A DNA stretch of 64,000 nt. Source: Takakia lepidozioides. Taxonomy: Eukaryota > Plantae > Bryophyta. A program made the position numbers and the translations under genes. Positions 1 through 11,600 of the stretch are shown here, piece by piece. The notes beneath the pieces are model-generated. The model did not search any database and was not told the origin of the DNA. It saw only the letters and a list, made by a program, of their open reading frames with translations. Each line of letters starts with the position of its first letter. Within the stretch, counting starts at the first letter, position 1. The stretch lies in assembly GCA_030704615.1 (NCBI GenBank), contig CM060731.1, forward strand, positions 20,274,001-20,338,000, read 5' to 3'.

Positions 1-1190
1 AGCCGAGTTCGAGCTTCATGGGGTTGGCAAACTATTATAAACGTTTGTCAGGGATTTAGTACCATTGCAAGGCTCTACTAAAACCAAGCTGACCAAGGTG
101 GACCAGGAGTTGCCGTGGGAAGATGAGCAGGACGAGCTTTCAAGAGCTAAGGCGAGCTGACCTTGACGCCTATCCTGAGAAGACCTATCAAGGGCGTCCC
201 TTCAGCTGCATACGATTGGAGCATGTTGGGGCTTGGAGCTGTCTCACACAGTGGATGATGAGGGAAAGAGTTTTTTTGTAGTGGCTTATGCTAGCCGCTC
301 GAACAACGCTGCAGAGGCTAAGTACAAGCTCATAGGATGGAGAGTGCTTACTGCAGTGTGGCCGTGACACACTTCAGGTGCTATCTATACGGCAAATCTT
401 TTCACCCTTGTCACGGATCACCAGCCACTCAAATGGTGTGTAGTCAGACAAGCTTACGGGAAGCTTGCACGGTGGGCACTCATACTCCAAGGAGTATGAC
501 TTCAGGTTGTGCATCGACCGGGTTTGGTCAATTGGGATGCGGATGGATTGAGTCGCAATCCATGCATGAGCCAGCATGATGACACTGGAGCTCGGTGGCA
601 TGGTGAGATGGATGAGGAGATGTGCCGGGATGACACGCATCTTCTGCATTTTTGTGTATCTTGGCATCGAGAGTTCGGGTTGGGACCTACAACAGGGATG
701 ACTATAGACGGAGTGTCTGAGGACCTGAGGCTAGTGAGGAGCCAGGTGGTGCCTAAGATATACATGAGGATTCGACTGTGTTGGACTACTTCCGCACGGG
801 AGACACGGCAACCACTGTGACTGCCAGGGAGAGGGATCGGATCCTGCAACGAGCCAAGAGGTTCAAGTGGGAGGGGATACATCTACTTCGATGTGGAGGA
901 TGGTCGGGTGAGGATTGTGCCTCACCCCACATATCGTGCATGTTGTGCGGCATGCCCATGAGGAGTTGGGGCATTTTTGGAGTGCGACGCACTCATAGTT
1001 TACTGCAAGGGCAGTATGGTGGCGTGGTATGCATACACAGAGGTGCAACAGTTTGTGGCTAGGTGCATGGTGTGTGACAGGGTACGTGCTTCATTTCAAC
1101 ACCCTACACCATAGTTGCATCCTTTTATCAATCATGGGATTGGGCTACAGGTGGAGTCCTTGACTTCGCAGGACCGTTGCCACTGATTAT
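1..1190 (+). mobile_element. Degenerate Ty3/gypsy LTR-retrotransposon pol fragment (RT end, RNase H, integrase)
   Basis: Frameshifted motifs on +: TLVTDHQP (RNase H), HRPGLVNWDADGLSR, HEELGH..RRT followed by CxxC (integrase zinc finger). Many stops and frameshifts. Confidence 0.85.
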
Positions 1191-1296
1191 AAGAAGAATA
1201 CAAGCACAAGCTCATGCGAGCTCACAAAGCTGAAGCATAAACTCATGCATATATAACCTCATCACTCAAATACAAGTCAACCAAGTGCACCCACGC

Positions 1297-1796
1297 NNNN
1301 NNNNNNNNNNNNNNNNNNNNNNNNNNNNNNNNNNNNNNNNNNNNNNNNNNNNNNNNNNNNNNNNNNNNNNNNNNNNNNNNNNNNNNNNNNNNNNNNNNNN
1401 NNNNNNNNNNNNNNNNNNNNNNNNNNNNNNNNNNNNNNNNNNNNNNNNNNNNNNNNNNNNNNNNNNNNNNNNNNNNNNNNNNNNNNNNNNNNNNNNNNNN
1501 NNNNNNNNNNNNNNNNNNNNNNNNNNNNNNNNNNNNNNNNNNNNNNNNNNNNNNNNNNNNNNNNNNNNNNNNNNNNNNNNNNNNNNNNNNNNNNNNNNNN
1601 NNNNNNNNNNNNNNNNNNNNNNNNNNNNNNNNNNNNNNNNNNNNNNNNNNNNNNNNNNNNNNNNNNNNNNNNNNNNNNNNNNNNNNNNNNNNNNNNNNNN
1701 NNNNNNNNNNNNNNNNNNNNNNNNNNNNNNNNNNNNNNNNNNNNNNNNNNNNNNNNNNNNNNNNNNNNNNNNNNNNNNNNNNNNNNNNNNNNNNNN
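1297..1796. other. Assembly gap (500 N)
   Basis: Run of exactly 500 N. Confidence 1.
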
Positions 1797-2580
1797 TCAT
1801 GATCTCTGTCCTGCCCGACTCTGTTCACGACATTTGTAACCATGCATAAGAAGGACGTTCCCTTAATGACAATATTGTACTTAGGGGAAGGACTCCGACA
1901 CGGCTTCTTTTGAAATCAGCGCCTTCTCATTCACTCTTGCAGAACTTTACTCCATCATCTCCTTTGTTACTAGAGCTCAAGAGCACTCTCTTGTGCAATT
2001 ATAGTCATAATCTACTTGCATACTGTTACAATATCTCAAGTTCTCTCTCGAGAACCCATTACTCTTCCTCCCTAGATTGATCTAAACCACAACTTATACC
2101 CCCTCGTGAAGGCAAGCCAATGCCCAGAGCTCTGCACTGTACATGGAGTGTATACATATACATTTGCCCAATGCATGTTCTCCGGAGCCCATCTTCAATT
2201 GAAGAATGTTTTATCACAGGATCATCAATATGATTTCACTGTGGCGAAAATATTGTGCTGCAGCCTGCAAGTTCAAATTGAATATAGCACTTGCTCAAGA
2301 GAGTGCAACAGACGGTGGGGCCTGCCCATCCGCAATTACTCATCACCACCACGCTGTACCTCTTGCTGCATCCCAAAATCTCGCTAGCTTTACAGTCTTA
2401 TTTCTCATGGTTGCACCTACCCTGTAATAAGCTACAGCTGCTTCACTGTAGAATGTTCATACACAGACAGACGAGAGACAGACCCGGGGAGGGGGGGAGG
2501 GGAGAGAGATCACGGGAGTCATCTACTGGATGAAGTACCACAGATAGATACGCCAAGAACCACTCCCATCCATCCACGCT

Positions 2581-3245
2581 CACGGGAATGTTTGCCCTTA
2601 CCCCTCGATGAATGAAGAATGGATGAACAGGACACGGAGAGCGCAGGTGGACAGGGGCCGGGCCGCACGACCCGTGCAGCCAAGCCGCAGCCGCCAGCGA
2701 GGGCGGTCGGGGCCGACAGCTGCCATCCACCCCCCGATTGGGCCGACCGACACTGGTAACGTTCGGGCAGCCGGGCAGCACCCCAACCAAATCGTGCGCC
2801 GGACCCCGTCCGCGCTGCGTAACGCCTACCTCCTACCCCCTACGCTTCTCCGGGCGTAGCCCAACGGGCTCCTTGGTGCCTCAACTCCCCCTAACCACAC
2901 TTTCAATCACTAATCACACTTACTAACTCACTAACCACCCCCACTAATCAAACTCCATTATTTCATTTTCGTATGGTTTTCTTTTTTCTTTTTTCTTTAT
3001 GGTTTTTCCGACCGGCAAAATAGATTTCCAACTTGTGGAGAGGATATATAGTATGGCAGTCACGTGACTCCATGGTCATTTTGAGTGACCTAAATGTCAG
3101 TGGCCGTGGTCGGCCAATCGAACTAGAGAATATGTATACCCGTGTACATTGTGTTATACTTTCCGCCAATTTTTTGTTTTTTAGCCCTGTAAAATTACGG
3201 TGAGAGGAGAGAATAGCCAATTTCAAAGCAAGGGCATATACCGTG
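2581..3245. mobile_element. Putative non-autonomous DNA transposon with imperfect TIRs
   Basis: Left end cacgggaatgtttgccctt versus reverse complement of right end cacggtatatgccctt. GC-rich interior and cactaa microrepeats. No clear TSD. Confidence 0.35.
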
Positions 3246-3963
3246 GTATACTCTAGAGATTAATGTCCAAAAAATGTCCTGCATTTGCATATATGGTTTG
3301 TATGTGCCATGTGGGTTCAAATTCAAACCAAAGAGATTGGCCCAGTTCAGCAATGGGACTAATATTCAAACAGAGCAAATCTATTAAATAAAGATCTTTG
3401 TTTTTCTCCAGCTTGTCTTTTATTGTCCAGCTTCACCGTAAGTTCAACATAAAGAAAAGCCGCTTCATCCCCTTTTATTTAAAAAAGAAGAAGAAGTCAT
3501 AACATGTTTGACCACGCACCTCGGAATTCCTTTTTCGAATCTCTCATGAAGAGTAAATCGAGGTCCTTTTTTATACATTCTTTCTTTTTGGCTTAATTAA
3601 TTTGGTTGGATGGGCAAGTTGACATTTGTAGAAACCAATTTTGGTTGGAAGCGCTGGAAAAAGCGTCCGATTTCCACATCAACGGTTCAGTTTAGTTCTA
3701 ATATTCTGAAATTTATTTTTATAATTTGAATTTCTAGGCTTCCAACAAACCAGCACTCAGTCTCCATTTGAATCGTTCAAGTCAATATTTTCAAAATGAT
3801 AAGCCTAGCTGTCGCTCCCAGGTGTTTTCCTTTTTCTTTTTTTTAAAAAGCCTTTGAAATTGTGGAGTGCTTAGAGAGTCTATATTTTGACTTTTCTTTA
3901 CTGCTTTCTAAGAGAAAAGGGCCGGATTGGAGCCAGTGTTTTCGTTTTCACCTGCGCCCTAAG

Positions 3964-4005
3964 CCGAGGTGGTATGTATGTGCCCATTACTTACCACTTG
4001 GGTTG
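3964..4005 (-). mobile_element. 5' fragment of the SINE family also seen at 37648
   Basis: Reverse complement caacccaagtggtaagtaatgggcacatacataccacctcgg matches 37648 caaccaagttggtaatgggcacataccacctcgg. Confidence 0.5.
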
Positions 4006-5731
4006 TCTCACTATTCACAAATAGGAGCTTTTAGGTGATCACGTAGTGAGCCGGACTAAACCAATTCACTCGCACTGAGAGCTTAATAAGGTGGTTGATG
4101 GGCCACCGCATGAGCTTGGAAGTGGTAGAAGATACAACCATACAACCCGGTAGCAGAATTTGAACCCTGTGTCACCTGGGTGGCACTCCAGAGTCTCTGT
4201 GAGCCTAATCATAGATAATACGACTAGGTGGCTCTGGCGGAACATAATTAATTCAATTAATTCTTAATTTGGGGAGCCTTAAATAATAATAGAATACGTG
4301 ATTTCAGAGATACATGTATGGAGGAATATACTAGTCGCCAAAATACCGTCGAAATAACGCGTAGTATATATCTTTAATTTAGAGATACTAAATTTAAGGT
4401 CCGCCACCGACCATTGGTGGATGGATGGATGAAGAGGGAGGTCGATCAGATTACGTGCGGAATGGGTCATCGTGTCGCCCTAACTAACGGTGGGAGGTCT
4501 CACCAAGATAACGCTTTTGTCCTGTGCGACAGGGGCCCCTCGCAGTCAACTGCGAGCTCCCGAGAGAGCTTGCAGCTTGACTTGGCTGTCGATCTGCGAG
4601 TACTGTGCAATGTGGGATTGCGGCTTACTATGCATGATCTGTGTACTCGTATTTTGTATTGTATTTCATCACTGTTGTTGACTGCTGCCGTCCCTACATC
4701 ACTACACCACACAGCTACAAGTCTGAGAAGGTAGATGCTCCAGATCTAATTAGTACAGTTATAAGAACAAAGATCGATATATATGAACAGTTCTTGTACA
4801 AGTTCAAGATGTAGCACTATCTAGCTGGCTCCTCATAGTAAAACTGTGTGTAATTGATCCTTTGCTTAGATATTCAGCACGAAAGATCATGACAGCTACT
4901 GTATATCAGATGCCTAGAAAGTGCCAGCATAAATTTGGTGTATCGAGACTGATGTTCGCGGAAAATTAATGTATCTAGGCACCTACATTTCCTACCATGT
5001 CTGGGCCAAATAAATCATATGTGCATAGATCATCTCTATACATGACTAGCCTCTAGTTCACCATCCAAGAGTCGGAGAAACTGAGCTCTTGCTGCATGGA
5101 ACCACCATGCACATAATCTCAGATCGGCACGACACGACATCTGTGCCTTTCTGCCTTGTGGCACTGCATTTCCTTCTCATGACACATGTGGCCTGCACGG
5201 CTCTTTTATTCTACCTAGAGGTCGTACGACGTCTTCCATCAATTATCGAGGGAGTGCAGTAGGGTACTGGATAACGTCCGATGAAGACTATACTTGATAA
5301 TCGGAGACTTTGTCAATAGCCTTGCAGAGTCATTTGAAGATATCACTGGAAATGAAAATACACGATCCAGAATGTCACATGTGATTTCAAGGTCAGACCC
5401 GAATCGAATATGACATAGGAGGATCATGTATTATTAGGCATATACACATCCACAGGTATGCAAAACCCAGCTATGAGAGAAAGGGACCGGTCCTGCAGGA
5501 TACAATTCCCGGGCCATCAATTCTGGATTGCTCACATTAGAGAAGCTTACTGAAGAACATTGAGTATATAGTGTCCTGGAGACTCGGGAACTCGGAACTC
5601 GGAACAGTATTCTTTCTGTTTTCCAGGAAAATCATAATATCTCGTAGTCGAGAGTCTCTAGAGCCTTGAAGTGTAGAGTGGCTAGACTCGGATGTAAGTT
5701 GCTAAAACTGATTATGTAGCCCGACTCAGAT

Positions 5732-5957
5732 AAATGAGTCTAAGTTTCTTAAGGGCCACTGTGTGGACCCCTGAGGTGATCGTCGGTATTGTTTTCTGGG
5801 TCTGGAGTACCTGTAAATAGCAGATTGGTGAAGTTATACACTAAAAATGAATCTAAGTTTAATAAGGGCCACTGTGTGGACCCCTGAGGTGATCGTCGGT
5901 ATTGTTTTCTGGGTCTGTGGTACCTGTAAAAAGCAGATTGGTGAAGTTATAAACTAA
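5732..5957. repeat. Tandem duplication, 2 x ~113 bp
   Basis: aaatga.tctaagttt..taagggccactgtgtggacccctgaggtgatcgtcgg...gcagattggtgaagttata occurs twice in a row with few mismatches. Confidence 0.95.
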
Positions 5958-7518
5958 AGACACTGGTCGATCCGTCCTGAGCTTTTGAAAAAGTCCTCTT
6001 TCATTCTCTTACTCTTCACTCTCAACGCCAAGATATTGATTTTGTCCTTTGTGGGCGATAAAGCCTACATGGGACCAAGTGGTGGACTAAGTCAAAATCG
6101 CGCCACGGACGAATGTGGACGGAAATTGAAAAGTGATTTCAGTAAACAGACACTATCCGAGACAGAGCATTTAGAACTTACCTCTATGCAGATTGTAGAA
6201 GCGTATCTAGACCTGTGTTTGTGGCATCACATTCGAAGATGCAGACTACAGAAGCAGATCTACTCACCTCCAATTTTTCTTCAGAAAGCCCACTAACAGA
6301 GGTGCCAGTTAGTTCTTAACAAACATGTGCTACCACACTAGCTAGTCTGCACATGAAGTGCTCAAGTGATCTATACATAATCTCAAGTGTGTCCTGTTTC
6401 GAAACGGGCTCGAAAGAAGGGGCCTGTCGGAGAAGCTGCCAAAGGTCAACCCTTCAGTAACAGTACTAGTAGTTACAAACTATGATATTTTTGCAAGGTG
6501 AACTACATATATGTTTGATATAAAATCGGCTTTCTGTATGTGCACTATGGTTAGTACTTATTGGGATATATCACAGTAGCGTGGAGAACGATGAAGGAAG
6601 GGCTCATGTATCCCCCATCATTGGGAGAGATGGGGCCCAGGAGAAGCAGCACTTTATATGATTCCAATGCGGGAATGCGTGCTTGTAACAAGGTTCCTTG
6701 AACTAAATATGTCCGATTCTGAGTTAGAAATTTCGGGCATAATGCTCGACCGCCACTCAAACTCTCTCCCACAAATGGACCCCAGTCCCCATTGTATGGA
6801 TCTATCTGAGCAAGGAGTGCTCTGGCAGTGACCCCAGGTGGTATGACTTTGAGCAATATCACACGTAGAAAATTCCGTGCTCCACCCATTCTGGATGCTC
6901 AGCTGGCAGTGACCCTTTTATCATCTTGCCGCTTCCAGGTCATCAAGACGTGCAAATGAGTTCAGGCTCCGCCCAAGTTAAACATTTTATGGCTTCCATT
7001 GAAGTTAATGTCAGAAGCCTAAGATAGCTACTTAAGATACGATGGAGCCCTTTAATCCTGTTTACTCAGTCAAGCTATATAATGCACGGGTAGATCTATG
7101 TCTCTAAATGCAGATATCATCGATCATGACAGATTTGAGATGGGTTTCAGACTCTTTCCAGTAGCAACGAAATGAAAGAAAATATGGGTTCCATCCAGGT
7201 ACGTCTCCAACAAACAAACATGGGCTCTGCCATTTGAGAAACCAGGGCAAGGGCCATAATGTGATTCTCATGGGATTTTTAACCAACGAGATCCCGAGAC
7301 AGTCATGAAGACCAGATCGGCCTAGGTGAACCGATCAATGGCAGAAACATATAGTAACTGAATGCACTGTACATAACCAACATTGCACGATCTTCACCCT
7401 CAAACTTGTAGCGACATTCCAGTTTCCACCAAAAGCGATTACTGCCAAGATGAGCGGCCTTCGGTTCGAAGATTGAAGTCTGTTTTGGAAATACTGAGCC
7501 CCCTGGTCACACCCAGAC

Positions 7519-8201
7519 GGTTTACACTAGACATAGGATGGGAGTTGAATGCGCGCGTGCGAGACCGTGGGCCACCCTCGCCGGAGCCGTGCACCCTCCG
7601 GGCCGAGCTGCCGGAGCCCGCCTGTCAAATCCCTCCCCTTCCCGCCCGCCCTGACCCGCCCAGCCAGCCCGGCCCAGTGCCTCCGCGGAGCCTGCTTCGC
7701 TCCCCCTTATGTCTGCTCCCCTGTTGCGGTCCCCCGCGGCGCTCCCTGCTCCCCTGTTTTTTTTCTCCCCTGTTTCGCCCCCCGCGGCGTTCTCCGCCCC
7801 CCTCTGCCTCCGCTCCCCTCGGTCTCTGCTCCCATGTTTGGCTCCCCCCACGCGCTCCGCCCCCCTGTGCCTGCGTTCTCCTGTTTTGGTCCCCTCTGAC
7901 CTCCTCCGCTCCTCTGTATCTCTGCTCCCCTGTTCCGCTCCCCCGCGGCGCTCCCCGCTCCATGGTGCCTCCGCGACCCTCTTTCACTGCTCCCCTGTAT
8001 CCCCGCCCCCCGCGGCGCTTTCCGCTCCTCTGCATGTCTGCTCCCCTGTTTCCTTCCCTCGCGGCGCTCTCCGCTCCCCTGTGCCTGTGCTCCCCTATTT
8101 CGCTCCCCGCTCACCTCCTCCGTTCCCCTGTGTCTCTGCTCCCATGTTTGGCTCCCCGCGTGCGCTCTGCTCCCCGGTGCCTGCGCTCCCCTGTTTCGCT
8201 C
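7519..8201. repeat. Left long TIR with GC-rich subterminal tandem array (gctcccc motif)
   Basis: Inverted counterpart of 14321-15390. The gctcccc motif recurs about every 14-16 bp. Confidence 0.9.
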
Positions 8202-8204
8202 AAT

Positions 8205-9840
8205 TTTTAATTTTGGAACCCACTCCTTGTAGATGTAATCCCAGAAATCCCCTGCATCTGGATATGTGTACTCCAACATCCACAGTTGCAATTCAGCCCA
8301 TTCCTCTGCCGCATCACCCCCCGGAGCCTCCTTGTTGTACATCATCTGACCCATACCCTTCATCTGACCCATACCCTTCAGCACAAGACTTGCAAGTTGT
8401 CCATCCTTGATCTTCCTTATAGTATTTTTCAACCAAGCACGGCGAACATGCCATTTGAAGCAGAGATAAATCGCAACATCTGGAAACACCTCCCTGCAAT
8501 AGAGGAATGGGTTCGGTAAGCCTTGGGAGTACAACAATGATCAGAAAACCCCTGAAATTAAATGCAATGAAAGTGAACTCACAGAATCACATTGATTTCT
8601 GCATCGGCATCATCAACAATGAAGGCATTGGGTCGCCAAGCGGGTTCATCTTCCCTGAGTACTGATAGCAATGAGCGAAGCCATGGAACAATATCGGCCG
8701 TTTTGTTCCTGGCTGATATGACATAGGCTACGGGTATGCCGTTCAGCCATGCATCAAAGACCATTAGAGTATAAAGATGGAACTGCATACACCCAAAAAG
8801 TGTCAGAATGCTACATTGTGCATCCGATTCAAACTTATTGGAAGAGGATAACTTTCAGACATGGAAACTCGAAATTGAATTGACGGGGCATAGAGGCTGG
8901 GCGCGAATGGGGGAAGACACAAGAGAGCAGGCAGCACAGTAGTGAAGCGCATGGGGTCGGAAATACGGGGTTGTGAGGTTGCGCGCGGACAGGGGAACAC
9001 ACAGGGGAGCACACAGCCGGCCAGTAGGGGAGCACACGGGGGAGCCGAAGGCTGCACAGACAGTGGGCGCGGACAGGGGAGCACATAAGGGAACAAACAG
9101 GGGATCACACAGGGCAGAGGGGGTTGGCGCGGACAGGGGAACACAGAGGGGAGCATAGAGCTAGGGAGCAGACATGAAAGTAGTCAGGGGAGCAGAGAAG
9201 GGACCACTAACCTTGCTTTCATTTGTCCTGAATGTAGCATCACATGCGACAATGCGATTGTGTCCTAGTTCCAGCATTTGGCGCCTCTGCCACGGAGTCT
9301 GGATACCAATAGTGAACTTGCCACCGCCGGAATCACCCGCAGTATCTTCTTCTTGGTAGAAGAAGACACATGATGGGTTGGCATCCATCCACATTTTTGT
9401 GCTGACAGGATCGCTCTCGTGTCGCTTGTATGTCTCCCAAGCTAGTTTTTCTGCCAAATTCCGCACGTCGTGGTTTAACAGGAATCATCTCAACTCCACT
9501 TGCCACCGTCTGCCAAATTCTCATGTAAATGTTGTGTGTGTAAAGCCATAATCTTTGCCGCTGAAAGACCAGCCCGCAAATTCTCCATCACCCACTCCGT
9601 CATCGCTTCACTTATGCGGGGTGCAAGTGCAAAGCGAGTATGGGAACATGTTGGATCCAGAGCGCCATGACAAGACAAACCACTTGTGTCTATATGGTTT
9701 TTATTGTACAACGTAATGACCGCTATGGCAGGATCCAAAAAACACTGCCCAATCTTGAAACTACAACAACAACCCCTCTTGAACGATTCCGCATGGTCTT
9801 TGCTCGATCGGCGGGGACCTTTGTGGTCCTTGGGGTTGCG
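8205..9840 (-). pseudogene. MULE transposase, central part (inverted segment, two introns)
   Basis: IVACDATFRTN / FHLYTLMVFD..GIPVAY / PNAFIVDDADAEIN / LCFKWHVRRAW supply the first two catalytic D residues and the C..H motif. Ends abruptly at EWVPKLK. Confidence 0.9.
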
Positions 9841-10035
9841 GAGGCACCGGGGAGCGGGGAGCGCCGCGGGGGAGCGAAACAGGGGAGCAGGGGGATAGGG
9901 GAGCGGAGGAGGGCCACGGCAAGGGGGGGGACAGGGAAGCAGCGGAACAGGGGAGCGGAGGAACCGGGGAGCGGATCGAGCCGTGGGGGAGCGGAATAGG
10001 GGAGCAGAGATACAGGGGAGCGGAGGAGATGAGCA
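9840..10035. repeat. Displaced block of the MULE subterminal repeat (ggggagc orientation)
   Basis: Its reverse complement continues the left subterminal array exactly where that array stops at ~8201. Confidence 0.8.
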
Positions 10036-10610
10036 GGTCACGGGAGCGCGCAATGTCCCGCATGCCAGCCAAGACACAAATGCAGGCATTGAAGCGTACC
10101 ATGGCAACCTCAAAGCAAGGTTGCGTAGTGGAAAAGAGAAAATGGACGCGCGTAGAATGGATTGGTTAATATACGAGCTAGTTGAAGGTTTACTTACCCA
10201 CTATTGGTACATGGGAAACTTGAAGGCGCATGGGTTCATTCGCAACAAAAGAGAGAAATTCATGTCTAATGCAGTCTTAGCACGGGAGATACCGGAGTCA
10301 GATGTAGAATTGCCGCTGGTGACGACTTGTCCGCATATGTCAAAAGTCAATCGAAGCCTGGAGTTGTCTACACGATCCACAGTCCTACATCAGAATGGGC
10401 ATGTTGCGATTGCCCATGGGCTGAGAAGGGCAACTTGTGCAAGCATCAAGTCAAGGTGTTGCAGTTGCTGAAACTAGATTTGTAAGATGGTATCATTGTG
10501 CAAATATGTGGCACGTTGCTTGGCACTGTTAACGGGGGTCTCGACAAACTCATGGAGAGTGCAACAGGGGAGCAGACAATGTCACCACCCACTCCACCAG
10601 ACACTACTAC
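10036..10610 (+). pseudogene. MULE transposase C-terminal part (catalytic E and SWIM zinc finger)
   Basis: VTGARNVPHASQDTNAGIEAYHGNLK, then after a frameshift CDCPWAEKGNLCKHQVKV (SWIM). Contains a stop and frameshifts. Confidence 0.88.
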
Positions 10611-11600
10611 GTTTGGGGGGGGGGGGGGGTTTAGTGATGCCTCAGCAACCTCCAAACGCCGCGCCTAACGACGGAAATACACTACAACGCCCGGGGCGCG
10701 CCAGGGACAAATTGCGACGTCGGGAAGTCGCCGCCACGTCGGTCCAACGTCGCTCCCAGGACATTGCAGATTAGCGACATAGGGGAATCGCTAATCCCCC
10801 GGGTCCCCCTGGCCACAACCAGCGACGGCAGAATGACGCCGCCCCTCCGGGGCGTCGCAATATGGCGACTCCCGGGAGTCACAACAAAGGGCAAGGAGGG
10901 GGGTCATCCCTCCCCTTGCATCATGGGGCAGTCGCAAGGACGTCGCCCATCCCCGGAAATAGCCACGCGTCGGCGTCGCCGACACGTCGCAACCTGGGAC
11001 ATTAAAGCCCCCGCTCTGCGATGCTTGGACATCGCAGATGGGGCTACTATGCCTAGGGGACTGGCGACACCCGGGAATTGCCATGATGTCGTTGCCATCT
11101 GGGGGTGTTGCTAGACCCCCATGGGTAGGGAGGTTCTCTAGCGACGCCCGGGAATCGCACGGATGTCGCAGCCCCCGGGGCCGTCACTAGCTCCATGGGA
11201 CTCTTATGCGACTCCCTGGAGTCGCAACAATGTCGCAGCCCCTGGGTGGCGTCGCTAGCTCCACATTGGCGTGGTTCTATTTGCGACTGCTGGGAATCGC
11301 AAGAGCGTCGCTGGTCGCCCCCGGCCGTCGCGTCGGCGTCGCTGGGTGGGAGGGTAGCCAGCTGGTATTTGGGGTGGCCGGGTTTTGGGGTTTTTTTTCC
11401 GTTTGGGGGGGGGGAGGGGTGGTTTCTTGGGGGTTGGGGTGTGCCTCGTGCTTGCATGAATTGCATGCATTCTAATCTATAGGTCGACACACCAAATCCA
11501 CATGTCCATTAAGGTTAAAATGAGGATCGAAATAGCAACTGAAAAAATATATACATAAAGCGAGTACTACATGTACATGTCTCTAACTGGGAACCATCCC

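Noticed and set aside
1243-1843. ORFs made of X residues
   Set aside because: Artefacts of the 500-N gap.
8343-8378. 18-bp in-frame duplication (KGMGQM x2) in the MULE transposase
   Set aside because: Real, but a trivial slippage event in a dead gene.
7383-8410. Long Pro/Arg/Gly-rich ORFs in several frames (also 14115-15566)
   Set aside because: Stop-poor GC-rich TIR repeat arrays, not genes.
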